Origin: Puccinia triticina
Taxonomy: Eukaryota
DNA length: 64,000 nt
Direction of reading: 5' to 3'
Assembly: GCA_026914245.1 (NCBI GenBank)
Contig: CP110439.1
Span: forward strand, 4,712,001 to 4,776,000
Shown in pieces: positions 12,731-26,358 of this stretch. The stretch's first letter is position 1; every line of letters begins with the position of its first letter. The translations under genes were made by a program, and so were the position numbers. A model generated the notes under the pieces. It made no database searches. It had not been told where the DNA came from and worked only from the letters and a program-made list of their open reading frames with translations.

Positions 12731-13559
12731 TAGAGATGGCTAAACAGGTCTGTGTACCCGCAACGGGTGCGGGTACTTGCTGTGAATTTCTCCAATTTTG
12801 GACACCCAGACCCAGACACGGCACCGGCCGACAGGTACCCGCGGTACTTGAGGCGGGTACCGCGGGTACCGCACTGGTGACTGATTGAGTGGGGTATGTA
12901 CACACCCCTCTTGATGGCCAGTCATTCATTGAGCGCAGTACACACCCCTCTTGATGACCGCACATTGAGCAGGGTGCACATCCCACTCAATGACCGGCCA
13001 TTGAGTAGGATGCGCACTCAACCCGATGACCGGCCATCAAGTGGGGGTGTAGGCCGGTTATTGATCAGAGTACACATCCCGCTCAGTGGCCGGCCATCGC
13101 AATCACCCCACTCGATTTCCGGTCATCACGTGGGATTTGGAGGTATGTACTCCGCTCAACTATGGCTGGTCATCGAGGGTGTGTACCCCACCCAATGACC
13201 ATTCATCAAGCGGGGTGTGCACTTGGTGACCGGTCAATGGTCATCTAGTGCGCATCCCACTTGATGGCTGGTCATGGAGTGCACCGGCCATTGAGTGAGA
13301 TGTGTATCCCGCTTGATGTCCGGTCATCAAGCGGGGTGTGTACTCCGCTTGATGTCCGGTCATCAAGCGGGGTGTGTACCCCGATAGCCGGCCATCGAGT
13401 TGGTTGATGGCCGGCCATCCACTGCGGACAATGGCAGGTACCTGTTTGGTACCCGGGTACCCGGTGATTTTCCGGCCCAAATTGCATGCCCGGACCCGTA
13501 CATGGCACCTGCAGACAGGGACTCAAAGCGCAGTGGCGGGTACCCACTGGCCATCTCTA
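12731..13559. mobile_element. Non-autonomous hAT element
   Basis: TIRs TAGAGATGGC...GCCATCTCTA; 8-bp TSD CCTCAAAT at 12723-12730 and 13560-13567. Confidence 0.92.
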
Positions 13560-16500
13560 CCTCAAATGGAGCTTGAAGCATATATTCCAACAACCTCTGC
13601 CTTTCCTGGTTCACTAGACACTAAAACAAGCCCACCAATCTCAGATTGGCAGGTTTATTGTAGTGATAGTGGAGTGTTATCAAAAGATAACTGTTGTTAT
13701 GAAGTGGGTGCGATGAAGTTGCTAAAATGTGTTGTGAATGAGGAGTCTGGACTTCAGCCAGGTGATATTTGGCCAAAGAGGACCCCTCAGAGAGTTGTGT
13801 TATGTAAATATAAGTGTTGTGTAGAGTTGTTATTTCGTGTGTAAGTGTTTGTAATGTGTGTAAAACCAAAATATAGAGTGACTGATATATTGTGGAGTGA
13901 GCAGTTGTGTGCTTTGTTATAGGGGAAACTGAGTGCAAGTAGTCTGCTGGGGGGAAGTTACAACAGGGGAGGAGAGCCTCCTTTTATAGACAACAGTGAG
14001 GGATTTTAGCTCCAGAGGAGCTCCACATGAGAGATTTTAGCTAGGTACATGAGGGTTTTTGGCTAGTACATATGCTGAACAGGTGAATGTGATTGGTCAG
14101 GACTGTACATGTGATTAGTCATGCTGTAACCAGGTCACCTGCTGTCGTCATGCAACAAAAATCCACTGGCACATGCAGCTAGTGCATGCAGCTAGCACCT
14201 GAATAAGTGCCTGCATGTGTACACTGTATGTACGGAAGTGATGATGCAGCTATGTGTAAATATGTATGTAGCTATGTATGTAACCGTGTGTGTGAACTAA
14301 GTGTTTTAAATTTGGATTGTGTAACTGTTTGAGGCTTTAAGGGGTGTTGTGAGTTTGTAAGAGTATGTAACTTCTGAGTGAGTGCTCATATGAGTGTTCT
14401 ATAAGGCAAGACCAGGGGTGAATTTCTCCCTAGAAGCTGAATCTTGAGGAATATTAAGTGATTTATAAGAGGAGAAGGGAGATTAAGAGTGAAACTAATA
14501 TGAATAAGAAAGAAAAGCAGAAAATTTTGATTTTGGTATAATATGGGATACCATAAAGCATACCACATTGTGAAGACTCAATCCTCTCAATTACCAATCC
14601 GTTGCAATCATCAGGAGATGGATTCCTTTCAATGCCCTCACTGTTCATCAAGAGGAAACCACCCTCTCAATGACCGGAGCTGACCGGTCACCAAGAGAGT
14701 ACACGCCTCTTGATGCCTTTTCAATGACTGGTCTGTTCCGGTCATCAAGAGGGTGGTGTACCCTTGATGACCAGTCTATACCAGTCATTGAGATTCCTAT
14801 CAATCCCCCCCGGATGACTGGTCTGTGCCAGTCATTGAGAGGTATGTGTCCTCTCAATGACTGGTCTGTGCTGGTCATCAAGAGGGATGTGTCCTCTCAA
14901 TGACCGGAAAGACTGGTCATTGAGAGGTGGTGTCCTGCGGAGGACCTGTGGGCACCTCCCGTGTGCAGAGAGTTTATTGAGTTTATTGAGGGGAGCCGGT
15001 GGCGCGCACGAAGGGGGGACTGACATCAAGTGACGTCGAGCCAACCAAAATTTCCGTGCGCAATGAGTTCCCCCTGTGCGAAAAGTAAATCCGCTTTTTT
15101 TTTATTTCATAATCATTCTTGGAAACTTGTTTTCCACCTCTTTAGCCAATCTCATGACTTAAAGGCTGTGTCCTGAGCTTCTGCATTCAAAAATGTGGAG
15201 CCAAAATCATTTGTTAGCCCACTGTACCTACTATTTTTCTTTGTCTCCATCCCATCAGCTGCCTTCACTATCCTTCTGTGTAAATTTTATATTTCCTCTT
15301 GGGAATTACACTTGAATTCCAGGCACTTCCACACATTGAAACTGTATTCAGTGCTGAAACATACTATGCTGTTTCAAAGACTGTAGACCATGAGTGCATA
15401 TAGACATTTAAGTGGCAAGGGTTCTTTATGCTTTTTGATTAATCATTTCAACTGTATTTCATGCAGAATCTTTGCTCCATGAGATGTGACAGTTGATACA
15501 GGATTTGTTGTTTCAGTCTCTTTGCAGGAAAAAAATTGGAAAACACACAATTAACCAAACATTGAAAGCCCTCCAAAGTTCAAGAAGGAGACGCAGAGAT
15601 TCTCCTGGATAAGCCCCTCATTTTGTTGGGTGACCTTTTAGTCACCCAATGGGGGATGGCAGCGGTACAGCGGATTGAAAAAAAGCTCAATTTTCCTGAT
15701 GCTCTCAGGCAAGAGGGGCAACATAGCGAATAAGTCCCTCCTTTGGAGGGTCTGGCATCCCCCCTCCACAAAGAGAGGGACTTAGTTAGGTTAGGGGCAA
15801 AGCTGCAGAAGCCCAGGGGGGGCACAAAAAGTCCCTCAAGACTTCAGGGCTAAACTCACAAATGTGGTGGTGCAATCTGGCACATGTGTCAAATATTTCT
15901 GCAGAGCAATCACTGTGGAGTGTGGAAAACACAGATCAATGAAAGTGTGGATGGCTGAAGGCGGCAAGGTGGTGGAACACAAAGCCGGAATCAAACTAAG
16001 CAGGCCAGAGTGGACTGGCTAGCTGATGCAATGATTGGGGGAGGCCGTGGCAGCAAAAGCGGGCTATGCCAGCAGACGTAGCTGGGGCAGAGGCGGCGAG
16101 TGAGATCCTGACATCATAGTCTAGACAGGGGTGTGGAAGCTAGGGAGAGAGTAGTTTGGCGGCGGGCAAAGGCAAGCGGCAGAGACAATGGGAGTTAACA
16201 TGAGAGCAGAGCTCCGCGGATGACATGCATGCCTGTGTATAGTTCTTGGCAGATGGCAAGTGTGCGCGTGTGAACAGAGTTGACAGATGGTGTGCGTGGG
16301 AGGCGGGCAGAGGATATATTTTAGTTCTATTTTTTTCTCTATATAAATACAGTGGGGGAGGGAGTATTCTGCCTCATACTCCCCCAGACTCTTTTTTTTA
16401 CATACTTTGCCAACTTGTGTGCTTCTCTTAATTTGTGTAACTTGTGGACTTGCTTTACCTGCATTAAGGTTTTGCTCTGCAGAGGTCTTGTGCTTGCTTT

Positions 16501-16875
16501 AAAATTGTTTTTCTTACGTTTTCAAAGTGTTTTGTGAAATATATTATCACTTTATGTGTGGTGGAGCTTTTATTTTACGGTTTACTTTTGCGGAGTTATT
16601 TAATTTTACGTGCTTTACTTTATTTACCCTGCTCTGAGACCTACAACGTTTGCGGTGCAGTGGGGCAGAGTTCTCTGGATCATCCAACTTCCTCCAAGAT
16701 AATCTTGCAAACTTGAAGGAATGGTCTAGTAACTTTGTGATGGTACCAAATTTTCCCGCTACAATGGCTGAAGCCTTAAAATCATTGAGCTTGGAGGTGG
16801 AGGAATTGAAGCAATTATTTGCAGCCCCAAAGCTGCCTTGGCATCTAGTGTTACACAAATAACATGGATAATGTA

Positions 16876-18001
16876 CAGCCATGTTAGAAAAGCTTGCGGG
16901 TTTGTGTGGCTGAAAATGATTTCTGCATTTCAGCCACAGGCCTGTACAGATTCACTGTACAGGAAGTTGAAACCCCTTCAGGCGGCTGGGTCAGCTTAAG
17001 GAGGGTGCCGGGCTGGCCATGGGGGCGGGGGGGATGTGTGGTGAAGGGCCTGATTGACATAAAATCACTCCAGTATTCCAATGGTGCAACTCTTGAGGCC
17101 CCAAAGTTAAAAACAAAGAAACTGGATTTTTTCTTCCAATGCCATTCCTGACATACAGGAGCCATACCAGAGAAGAACAATTGGTACCTGTTGGGGGGTA
17201 CTCCACACAGCTTGCAACCGCCGCGCACCCGCCCAGTGGTGCCGGGTGTGGTGCAAGGTACAAGCTTTTGGCAGGAAAGCGGTGCGGTACCCGGGTACCT
17301 CCCAGAGGGACTGCCCACCAGCCATGTTCCCAGTGACATTGGGTTGACAAGTTGGGTTGCGCAGTGCACAGTTGAGGTCTTGGAACTGATCAGATCCAAG
17401 AACTGCACCGTGGCAAATCATGAATGATGCCCTGGCTTGCACACCTCCAAGACCTATGTTCTGCAAGGAAGATTGGGATTGACAGGGCCAGAGGGGAATC
17501 AAATGTATCCAATCTGGCCGACTTGAGCATGCTCCATTTGGCCCTCCTTCTGCACAGGGAGTCCTCAACTGTCCACAAAATCCTCAAGTAAGCCCTGGTT
17601 GACTAACCGGGCTACAGGCTGATCATCACTGGCCATTTGCTCAGCAGAGGATCGCGGTGCTACTAGAAGTGCTTTGTAGTACCTGTAACAAGAATTTCCT
17701 GCGCCGGACGGCTACCAGCCAGTCCGCCCTGCTTGCCCACCCGCCCATGATAAACACAGAGAAAAATACAAAAGTAGCCCAGGGGGTCCTTGTGGTACCT
17801 GCCAAAAGTACCGCTGGTACCTGCCAGGCGGTGCCAGGTGCGGTGTGAGGTACTGAATTTTGCACAAAAACAAGCAGGTACCTGGGTGCCAACAGGTACC
17901 CAAGTCTCACATGTCATTCTCTAAGCCATACAGGCTTTGAAGCTGAAATCAGCAGCCCAAAAGTTGGGCCTACCCGACTGCAAGCTTTTCAAACATGGCT
18001 G
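16876..18001. mobile_element. Non-autonomous Tc1/mariner-like TIR element
   Basis: TIRs CAGCCATGTT(A/T)GAAAAGCTTGC flanked by TA on both sides. Confidence 0.7.
17168..17923. mobile_element. Non-autonomous hAT element (diverged)
   Basis: 8-bp TSD AGCCATAC at 17160-17167 and 17924-17931; ends CAGAGAA.../...TTCTCTA; GGTACC-rich subtermini. Confidence 0.75.
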
Positions 18002-18682
18002 TAGCATAACCAAACTACCCTTTGTTGGTGCTTCTCACAAGTCTGCAGACCAAAAGCAAAACACCTGCTTTACCTAACCTAGCCCAAGAATATGTACAAT
18101 GAGTGACTCAAGTAAGTGGTTGAAGCTCTACAAGAAATGACCAATGTCAAGCCATATTCAGTATTACCATTGCTTCATGCTATCTTGGAAAACAATATGT
18201 CAACACAATCAGCCCAATTGTATCCCATCTCCAGCACTAAATTATACCAATCACAACATATTGTTAACTCATTGGATGTACTCCTCCCCAGCATTAAATG
18301 ATCCCAATCTCAAAACTTATCAGATTGCCAATTTCCCGACTTGTTTGTTGCTCTCCTCATTCCTGGGTAGATTTTGTTGCGAATAAGGTTGTGCTTTGTT
18401 TCTTTTTCTTCTTATTTTTGGTCCCTGCTCTGCACTAGTTCTTTTTCTTTGTAGTTTGTTCCGTTGCGATTTCTCTCCGATATTTCAGTTATGGCACACC
18501 CATTACACCAGCTGCTGTTTCTTGAAATGACATGTATTGAGATGAATAGTAACTTGGCAATCGTGTGCCACCTGGAGATTAAGCTTGAGCCAGCACTAAA
18601 TTGGCCTACAATGTTTTAGAGGGAAGGGGATGACGCAATGAACTAATCCAGACTAGAGGAGAGTCAAGAGGAAGGAAAGCTA

Positions 18683-19974
18683 TTAAGCATCACTTTCAAG
18701 GGTTTTAGCAACACTAATGATGTTCTCAACAGCTCTGATGCGCTGAGCATTCCACGTCACAAACCAATTCCTGTAGTAGTCTTGAGTTGAAGAACCATCG
18801 GTATCTGGGATAGAAGGAACAAGGTAAAGGAGTAGAAGCACCAGGGGAGCATGAAATCGAGATTTGAGGTTTGCGGCTTCGCTAACAAATATTTGGCCAC
18901 TGTCGGCCTCTTGATTGTCATCCGCTCTATACAACAAAATCATCAGGTGTCCAAGATCTGAAGTGACATGTCTAAGCGATTGCGCCAAAGATTCGATTTG
19001 CTCGGAACACATTTCGGTAAAAGACGGAAGCCGTTGCATTCTCATCCCGCGTTTCGATAGTTTGGTGAAAAATAGTTTTAATATCTTGATCAATCCTATT
19101 AATAATCTAGCAAGGTGGATGACTTTTTGGCGTCGGAGTTTCCTCTTGTTTTCATAGACATGTGGATCGATCAACATCCTAAGTTCGGTTTGCATCTGGT
19201 CAATATCATCGAAATCCGCCATCCAATTGTGTTGTGCGACATCCAGTTCAGTTCCTTTTATGCATTCAATAGCCCAATCAATCGTGTAAGTGGTCTGCTT
19301 GACTAAACCGGCCCCCGGAAATTCCTCGTAGGACAGGCGACGGACTTCTTCTGGCGAGGACTTCAATTTTTCGAGAAGTTTATAGCCTTCCCTAAAGACT
19401 AGAATAATATTCTGGGTCGTTTGGCCGAATTTTTCTTTCAAGCTGTGAAGCCTATATGATTTGAATTGCCTCGACAATTGGTCGTCGAAGCGGTTTGGTG
19501 TAGATAAAGGTTCTGGGCAGACGAGGGAGATGAATGATATGATTTCGTCTACATTGCGTTCGAGTTCTACTTGGATCTGTGAGACGATTCTGAGTTTCGG
19601 CTCTAGTTCTTCAAGCAAGCCGAGAGGCTTCAGAGATTCTGAAAGGTCGGTAATTTGACTGTTTAATGTAGGCAGCAATCGGGATTCGAGCTGATTTAAA
19701 CGTGTCTCCTTCCCCAAGTTCGAATCGTCGATCGAGAGGGTTGAGAGAGCGTCTTCAATCGTTGTGAGATCATGGCCCTGGCCACTGGGTCGAACGTATT
19801 TTCTGATCAGCCTTCGAAACCCTTGGATGACCAAATCTGGAGTGCGGTCATAAAGTTAGCACCAGTCAGGTCTTTGGAAGTGGAGACCAATATCTTGGAT
19901 AAATACTTACCCCCTTGTACCCAAATCCGCTCATGTTCCAGCTCGCCTGAAGTCTTGCTGGCGGGATCGGCCAT
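18683..19974 (-). CDS. Two-exon hypothetical protein, about 405 aa, probably helical; resembles an expanded rust-fungal family
   Basis: ATG at 19974 (MADPASKTSGELEHERIWVQG). Intron 19837-19910 (GTAAGT..CTAAC..CAG) joins in frame to the 383-aa ORF. CpGs are retained, unlike neighbouring TEs. Confidence 0.85.
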
Positions 19975-20138
19975 CGTAGTTCCTGTTTAATCGCGTGTTC
20001 TGATATCTGATACGTTTCCGACTCGATGGCGTTTTCATGAGGTCTCCACTATCTTTGACCAGAGTGTGAGGACCCGCCTAATAGGGGGGTTCACAATAGG
20101 ATAAAAATGAAACTTTAGAGCCTATATTAAACCCTTTA

Positions 20139-21200
20139 GAGCATCCACCCTCGTTGCGGTAAATCTTTAGGTAGCCAGCGAGTCCCGCGAGGCTCGGTTG
20201 CTTAGCCAAAGAAAAAACCCACCCTCATCGCTAGATAGCGGCTCGGTAGGCTACACATGTTTAGATAAAGACACCGCCGCCACCTCGTGTCTACATAAAT
20301 ACATATCTATGTATTTAAGCACAACACAGCCCACATATTCATAAGAATATAGGCCAATGACCCGATGCCCGGTCTACTGAAGACCAGTTATCATTTCAAC
20401 TAGGTCATCCTAATGACCGGTTGTACTATCCGATGACCGGTCATCCCATCGAGGACGGGTCTATTGATGATGGATCATTCAATGACCAGTCATCATATCA
20501 ATGTCCGGTCATCCTATATTCCAATGACCGGTCTATCAATGTCCGGCCATCCTATCATTGACCGGTTGATCGCTATCATTGACCGGTTGATCGCTATCAT
20601 TGACCGGTTGATCAATGTCCGGTCATCAATGGGATGACCGGTTGACCAATGACCGCTTGATTAAGGACCGGTCAATCAAGGACCGGTCTGGCCATCCTAT
20701 CATTGGCCGGTTGATTGATGACCGGTCATCCCATTGATGACCGGTCAATCAATGACCGGTCATCCCATTGATGACCGGTCAATCAATGACTGGTCATCCC
20801 ATTGATGACCGGTCGATCAATGACCAGTCGATCAATGACCGGTCGATCCATGACCAGTCAATCAATGACCGGTCGATCCATGACCGGTCAATCAATGACC
20901 GGTGAGTCAAAGTGTTATGTATATTGTATATTATTGTTTTTTATTTTTTCTTTGGTGGGGGGCGCGGGGGTGTTGGCATGTTTGTGTAGTGTGCACTTGT
21001 GTTTGGCGAGGGTTGGGAGGCTCGTCAAATTTTTCCTTACAGAGGCTCTGTAGCCGTTGGTAAATCTAGCGAGCCTTAAAGATTTGCCGAACGACTACTT
21101 AGTTAAAGAGCCCTAAAGAGGGCACAGGGGTGGAAAATTGCTTACATACTCTGTAAATCTGCCTTAAAGGGCGGGTTTACAGAGACAAGGGTGGATGCTC
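20139..21200. mobile_element. Non-autonomous PIF/Harbinger-type element with internal ATGACCGGTCAT arrays
   Basis: TIRs GAGCATCCACCCT...AGGGTGGATGCTC; TTA TSD; inserted into a copy of the MITE seen intact at 34349-34553. Confidence 0.85.
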
Positions 21201-21444
21201 TTATGAACAACTTTTTTAAAAATGAAGAAGTTTCTCTAAGGGCCTGTACCATAGCAGGTTGAAAAACAGTTTTTCCTGCAGAAATTGATTTTTTGCGCAA
21301 AAAACAGTTTTTGCTAAAAAATGTGTACCACAGCACCTGTTTTTTTGGGTCATCCAGAAAACAGTTTTCCTCAAAAAAAGGCAATTTTCAAAAACAGGTC
21401 TGACCCTGTTTTTCCTCCCCCATCACCCTCCATCACCTCATTTA

Positions 21445-21639
21445 GGGTGTTCAAAGTTGACTTGCATAAAATCATAACACCATAAAATCATAAAATTCTG
21501 AGGGGAAAAAATATGTACCCCCAAACACTCAAATTAGAGCAACATTTCTAAAATGGTACACATAAAATCATCATTTGAAAGTTTTATGATTTTATGATTT
21601 TATGTAATGAAAATTTTATGATTTCAACTTTGAACACCT
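21445..21639. mobile_element. Tourist-like MITE
   Basis: TIR GGTGTTCAAAGTTGA in a TTA/TAA context; fragments recur near 56360 and 63180-63270. Confidence 0.7.
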
Positions 21640-21879
21640 TAATTACTCCAAGCCCGGAGCAAGCCAGCAATCAATCATCTTTCTCCAGGAAGTCCTCCCT
21701 CTGCTCGGAACGATCTATCATAGCTGACCAATCCAACCACTACAACTGGATCGGTCCAAGGAAAATGAAGAGACTTTGGAAAAAAGAGTCCTTCTGGTTT
21801 GTCCTTCATCTCTCCTCCTTTACCTTGGACCGCTCTTCTGGTCCGAGGGGAATTGTCTCCTCTCTCTCCAAACAATAGA

Positions 21880-22010
21880 ACTTGATTGTTCCAAGAGAAA
21901 AGAGAACTCGATTGTTCCAAGAGAAAAGAGAACTTGATCTTTCCAAGAGAGAAGAGAACTCAATCTTTCCGAGAGAAAAGAGAACTCAATCGTTCCAAGA
22001 GGAACAAGAA
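21880..22010 (+). repeat. About 25-bp minisatellite (TTCCAAGAGAAAAGAGAACTCGAT)
   Basis: About five consecutive units read directly. Confidence 0.75.
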
Positions 22011-23495
22011 ATCAAATTTTTGGGAAGAAAGGAGAAAGAAACCTTGGGGTCCCTCCTCCTTCCCTCCCCTTGGACATATAAAGTTAAATTGATCCAACAG
22101 GAAGGAGGAGGGAATTAAATTTTGACCCACCCATCCCCTCGGATTGGTATTCCCTGCTCCTTAAATCTCTCGGGCCAATCTATGGGCAGGGCAAGGAGGG
22201 AGTTCCTCTTGGACCAACAAATTAACAGGAGGGAGTTGCGCTTGGACCAATCAGTCCAAGACAACTAGAGGAGTGATTCCAGGCCTTCTCCCTCTTGGGA
22301 CGGTCTCTCGAATCCTCTCAGATCAATCTTTCCGATCCTCTTGGACCGACGAGTAGATTGGTTCAAGAGGGGGGAGTGTCAAAGAGCGTCTGAGGTTTTC
22401 ATGAGTAGGGAAGGCACCACAATGACCCCTTCCCTACTCATGAAGATTTGCAAGGGTACCGAATATTGTCTTTGGGTGTATTGAGCTGATGGATGGTGGA
22501 GTGGAGGAGTGCGGATATTCTGGAACCAAGTGATGGTTGTGGTACACGTTTATTGAAATCTGTTTTTCTGAATGCGGGTTTTTTGAAATATCTGAAAAGC
22601 GCAGAAAAAAAAAACTCTTTTCCCTGTTCAAGAAAAACAGAATTTGTATGATACAGGCACTAATTTTCAAGGGACACTCAATCCTGTACATCTTGCCAAT
22701 TTTTTAAAAAGTTGTTGATAAAGGCCTTAAAATCCAAGTTTATTAAAGTCTCTGAATCACAAAACAAAACTTCAAGGGTTTCCCCTACAAATCACAAAAA
22801 ATCACAAAAAAAATCAAGGGTTTCCCCTCTACAACTTTCAGAAAAAAAAAGAAGGGTTTTCCCTCTACAAATGCCAAAATTAACAAAAAAGCAAAATTTT
22901 AAAACAACCTGAAACCAGCCACCTAACATCAGCAAGCTGATGCACCGTGGCCCACTGTCCATCCCTGTCTAGCAGGGTTAAAAAACAGTGAGAGGATGAC
23001 CCCCAGCGCGCCGCATTGAAGGCATTATGCAAAGGGGGGGCAACGAGTTTAGCCCCTCAAACTGCGCAATTGCAACAGCGGAGGGGGTGAGGACGAACCG
23101 CACGCTGGAAGTACAGCAGCAGAGGACGCCTGGGGGATTAGCCAAACACAAGGTCCTCCCCCCTTTTATACGCCATGGACCAGCAAGCTCGCCTCAAGCC
23201 TTGCCCTGGACTAGCCTGGACTCTGCTTGCATGTTCACGGCAACGCCACCGCCACGGCCCACACCACCTTTGTATGTATTTTTCACCCGCAAGGCATTAG
23301 CTACGGCTTGGATCTTCTGGCCATTCTGGTCGACATCCAATGTGCGCTACTGAAAGCTGAAATTTACCTTAGAATTTGCCCTGTCGGGGGCATTGCGGCG
23401 CCACCGCCATGTCCCTTTGACACCAATGTTGCTATGTATGGATATATTCCAGTAATATCTTATGCACCGCGGCCCTCGCCAGGATCCCCTCCCCC

Positions 23496-23898
23496 TTGAA
23501 ACAAGCCATCCAACACTCGCCCCTCGTTGACAGCCTCAACCTCCAGCCCAACAAGCCCCTCCGATTCAGCAAGCGCAGGAAGACCAGGCCCAACCACAAG
23601 CCACAGGAAAACCAAACCACCCCTCAAGAAGATTGTATGAACTTGCACAAGAAACGGAAAGCAGTGATCGCCAAACAGCTTGATGAGCAGCACGGTAAAA
23701 TCACACTCACCGTCGAACAATGGTCCTGTCAATATATTACGTCCTCCTACCTTAAAATCTCTGCTCAGTACATCAACCCCGATTGGAAGCTTATCAACAG
23801 AGCTATCGGATTTCGATTATTGCCCGAGCCCATTGATGAGAATTTTATCGTTGAGTGTATCACCAACGTCTTGGAAGACTGGAAACTCATTAATAAGG
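23496..23898 (+). pseudogene. hAT transposase-derived fragment (start of the RNase H-like domain)
   Basis: KITLTVEQWS..YLKISAQYINPDWKL..IGFRLL..ITNVLEDWKLINKV matches the hAT pattern ISLTxDxWT..Y..ITAHF..DW. Confidence 0.65.
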
Positions 23899-26325
23899 TC
23901 AGCAAATCTTTCTCCCCCACCCTCAAGCTGTTGACCCCTTATTTCAATCCGCATTTTTTTTTACAAATGCGCCATGGACTTTTTTTTTTTTTTCTGCTTT
24001 GACATCAGTGTGAATCAATCACGGCTGAAAGCTCAATCTCAAACGATCGTGCTCCAGGTAAGAAGAAGAAATTCCTGCCCAAGAAAACCTTCTCATGAGA
24101 CTCTACATGGCCGCATCCAGCGCCACGGCCTCCTGTCCAAAGCCACATCAATTCCCACCATACCCTTGCCACTGACGTGGACGGTCTTGCGTTACCAGTT
24201 TCAAATTGATGGCATGCCAACTGGTTGAAACAGACCAACTTCAACCCTGGACGCTCCAGGCTGCAGCCCCACAGCCTTGATAATCAAAGCCCATCCAACC
24301 CTCTTCTGCTCTCCCTGGCAACTGAGCGCGAGGCTTGTATCACCAATAAGAGTGCCTCACCCATTTTGGCCATGGCCTTGCTCTACTCTGCTGGCTGATT
24401 GATAGATTAGGTCTGCTCTTTCATCTTTCCCTCATTGTTCCAAAAAAACAGGGTGTGCTGACCAATGCACTTGATGTTCCCAGTCTCCACGCGGTTGATA
24501 ACGTATTCCAGTGAGTGGGATTTCTGAGTTGAGTCTTCTCAGATCTCTGGGCATGTGCCCAGCCGACGGACAGAGGGGTGCAGTCAATGGTCCGTAGCGT
24601 CCACAAACCTGTCACCCGGATTGGCTAACCCATCCCCGCGTACGCGGTGAACTTGCGCTTCGGCTTGGTCGCGATTGCTGTCCCAAGGTGAGCCCGCACA
24701 TCCAGATCATATCAAATAGAATATAGTGCGACCGTTCACGGATCTCATGCGCCATCGGAGATCAACTCTTACCCTTCTTGTCCGTTCGACTGCCCAGCGT
24801 CGATGATCAAAGCCTTGTGGTACTGAAATTGACCAGAAGCAAGCAACATGAAGAGCTGTGGCTCTCCTCATCTCTCCTGAGCCATGCAGACTAGGAGAAG
24901 AAGATTGTGTGCATGGAGCTGCGTCCTTCCGATCCAGCATTCAAGTCGAAGCCAAAGCAATGGCTTCTTATTTATTGATCTTGATGGACACTATGTGTTT
25001 GCAAACCAGCCAAAGGAAGCGTAAATTCCAAAGTAGTAAGTCTCAAGGTGGGCTATCTATGCCTTCTGGACAGGCGGCCTCCCCAAAACTGTTCCAGGAT
25101 CCTCGGTCAATTCCACCCATCCCAAGCCCCCGCCGGTCACACGACCAGTGCTCTGAGCCATCCCCAAGCGATCCTCAGCTTGTCTCAAGGCTCAAGCCCT
25201 GCCATCCCAGGAAGCCTTTTGCCCGTTTACATTGCCTCTCCTTCTCTTGTCCTTTCCCCGAGACCATGTGTGATTTTCCTGGATCAAACACAGCGCCAAG
25301 CAGGCCACCCCCTTCTTCTCCCTCAATATCCTGACCAAGCACTTCTCCAATCCCTTCAGCATTGTAAATCCCAATCAGATATCCCGATATGTATCCATTA
25401 TTTGAGTATATTTGGATTTCTCGGGTACTTTGCAATAGGTTTTATGAGTGATATTTGAGCGGACCAATTTGCATGAAAATTTATTTATATACATCAAACC
25501 GGGGACTTCAAAGCTTTGAATGACAACATTGGCTCTTTATGTAATACTGCATGACTGAATCACAACTGCCTCATTAAATCTTCTGACCAAAAAATCATAT
25601 TGGTGAATCATATCTTATTCTTTATGCCTACAATATGGGAAACACTAGAGTGATTTTTTTGTTTATTTATTGTGATGGGAATTTAAATGCATAAGCTATT
25701 AGGATACATACTTTTTTAAAGCCTTCTTGGCTGGGTTTTTCATGGCACCACTAAATATTAAATCAAGCTATTTGACCAGCATCAATTTTCTATGTTAAAT
25801 CTTCAGATTTGTGTAGGGAAGAACTCCCCATTTACAACATGTGGCAATTTTTCCCAGTAATTATACCAGGCACAATGGAGGACTTCCCTCGGGCATTCAG
25901 AAAACTTGAGATGTGGCTTTAAATCTCAAATTGACACATTTATCAAAACAAAAACCCACACAAAATAAAGTATTGAATCTTAGGCTTAAGAAAACATGTT
26001 AATTTTGCCAAAAATTAAACTTTGTGGTGTATAAATTGAAATCTATAGGGGTTGCAGAACCAAGGGGAAGTCATCCCATATCATGTAGAAACAATCCAAT
26101 TTTGTATATAGTTTGTGCTGATAAATACCCACTTTTTGTTGTGAAAACCTGCACTGTACTGTTTATTTTCTATCTCTTGTTAATTAGGAAGAACTTTTGC
26201 TTAATTCTGGTCAAATTTAATGGTCTACTAAAAAAAGCCTAAAGACTTGCTTAATTCATCAGTTAGAAGAATGGTGAACTGCACAATTAATTTGAAGATT
26301 GCAAAGGCCTGGGTCTTTTACCTTG

Positions 26326-26358
26326 GATTTGCAGCGGCGGAGCCGCCTTGGCCTCTAG
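26326..26358 (+). mobile_element. Helitron 3' terminus
   Basis: GC-rich hairpin GCGGCGGAGCCGC followed by CTAG|T. Confidence 0.7.

Larger units (their letters stand above)
11523..13592 (-). mobile_element. TRIM (miniature non-autonomous LTR retrotransposon) with tRNA-like LTRs, Helenus-type
   Basis: LTRs 11523-12029 and 12235-13592 (both enlarged by insertions); 205-bp non-coding interior; PPT AAGGGGGTG next to 12029; 5-bp TSD ACCTC at 11518-11522 and 13593-13597. Confidence 0.92.
11456..14567 (-). mobile_element. LTR related to 4411-5374, interrupted by the TRIM
   Basis: Minus strand TGTGGTATG...CTTTACA; sequence joined across the ACCTC TSD aligns to 5295-5374; no matching TSD of its own. 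Confidence 0.6.
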
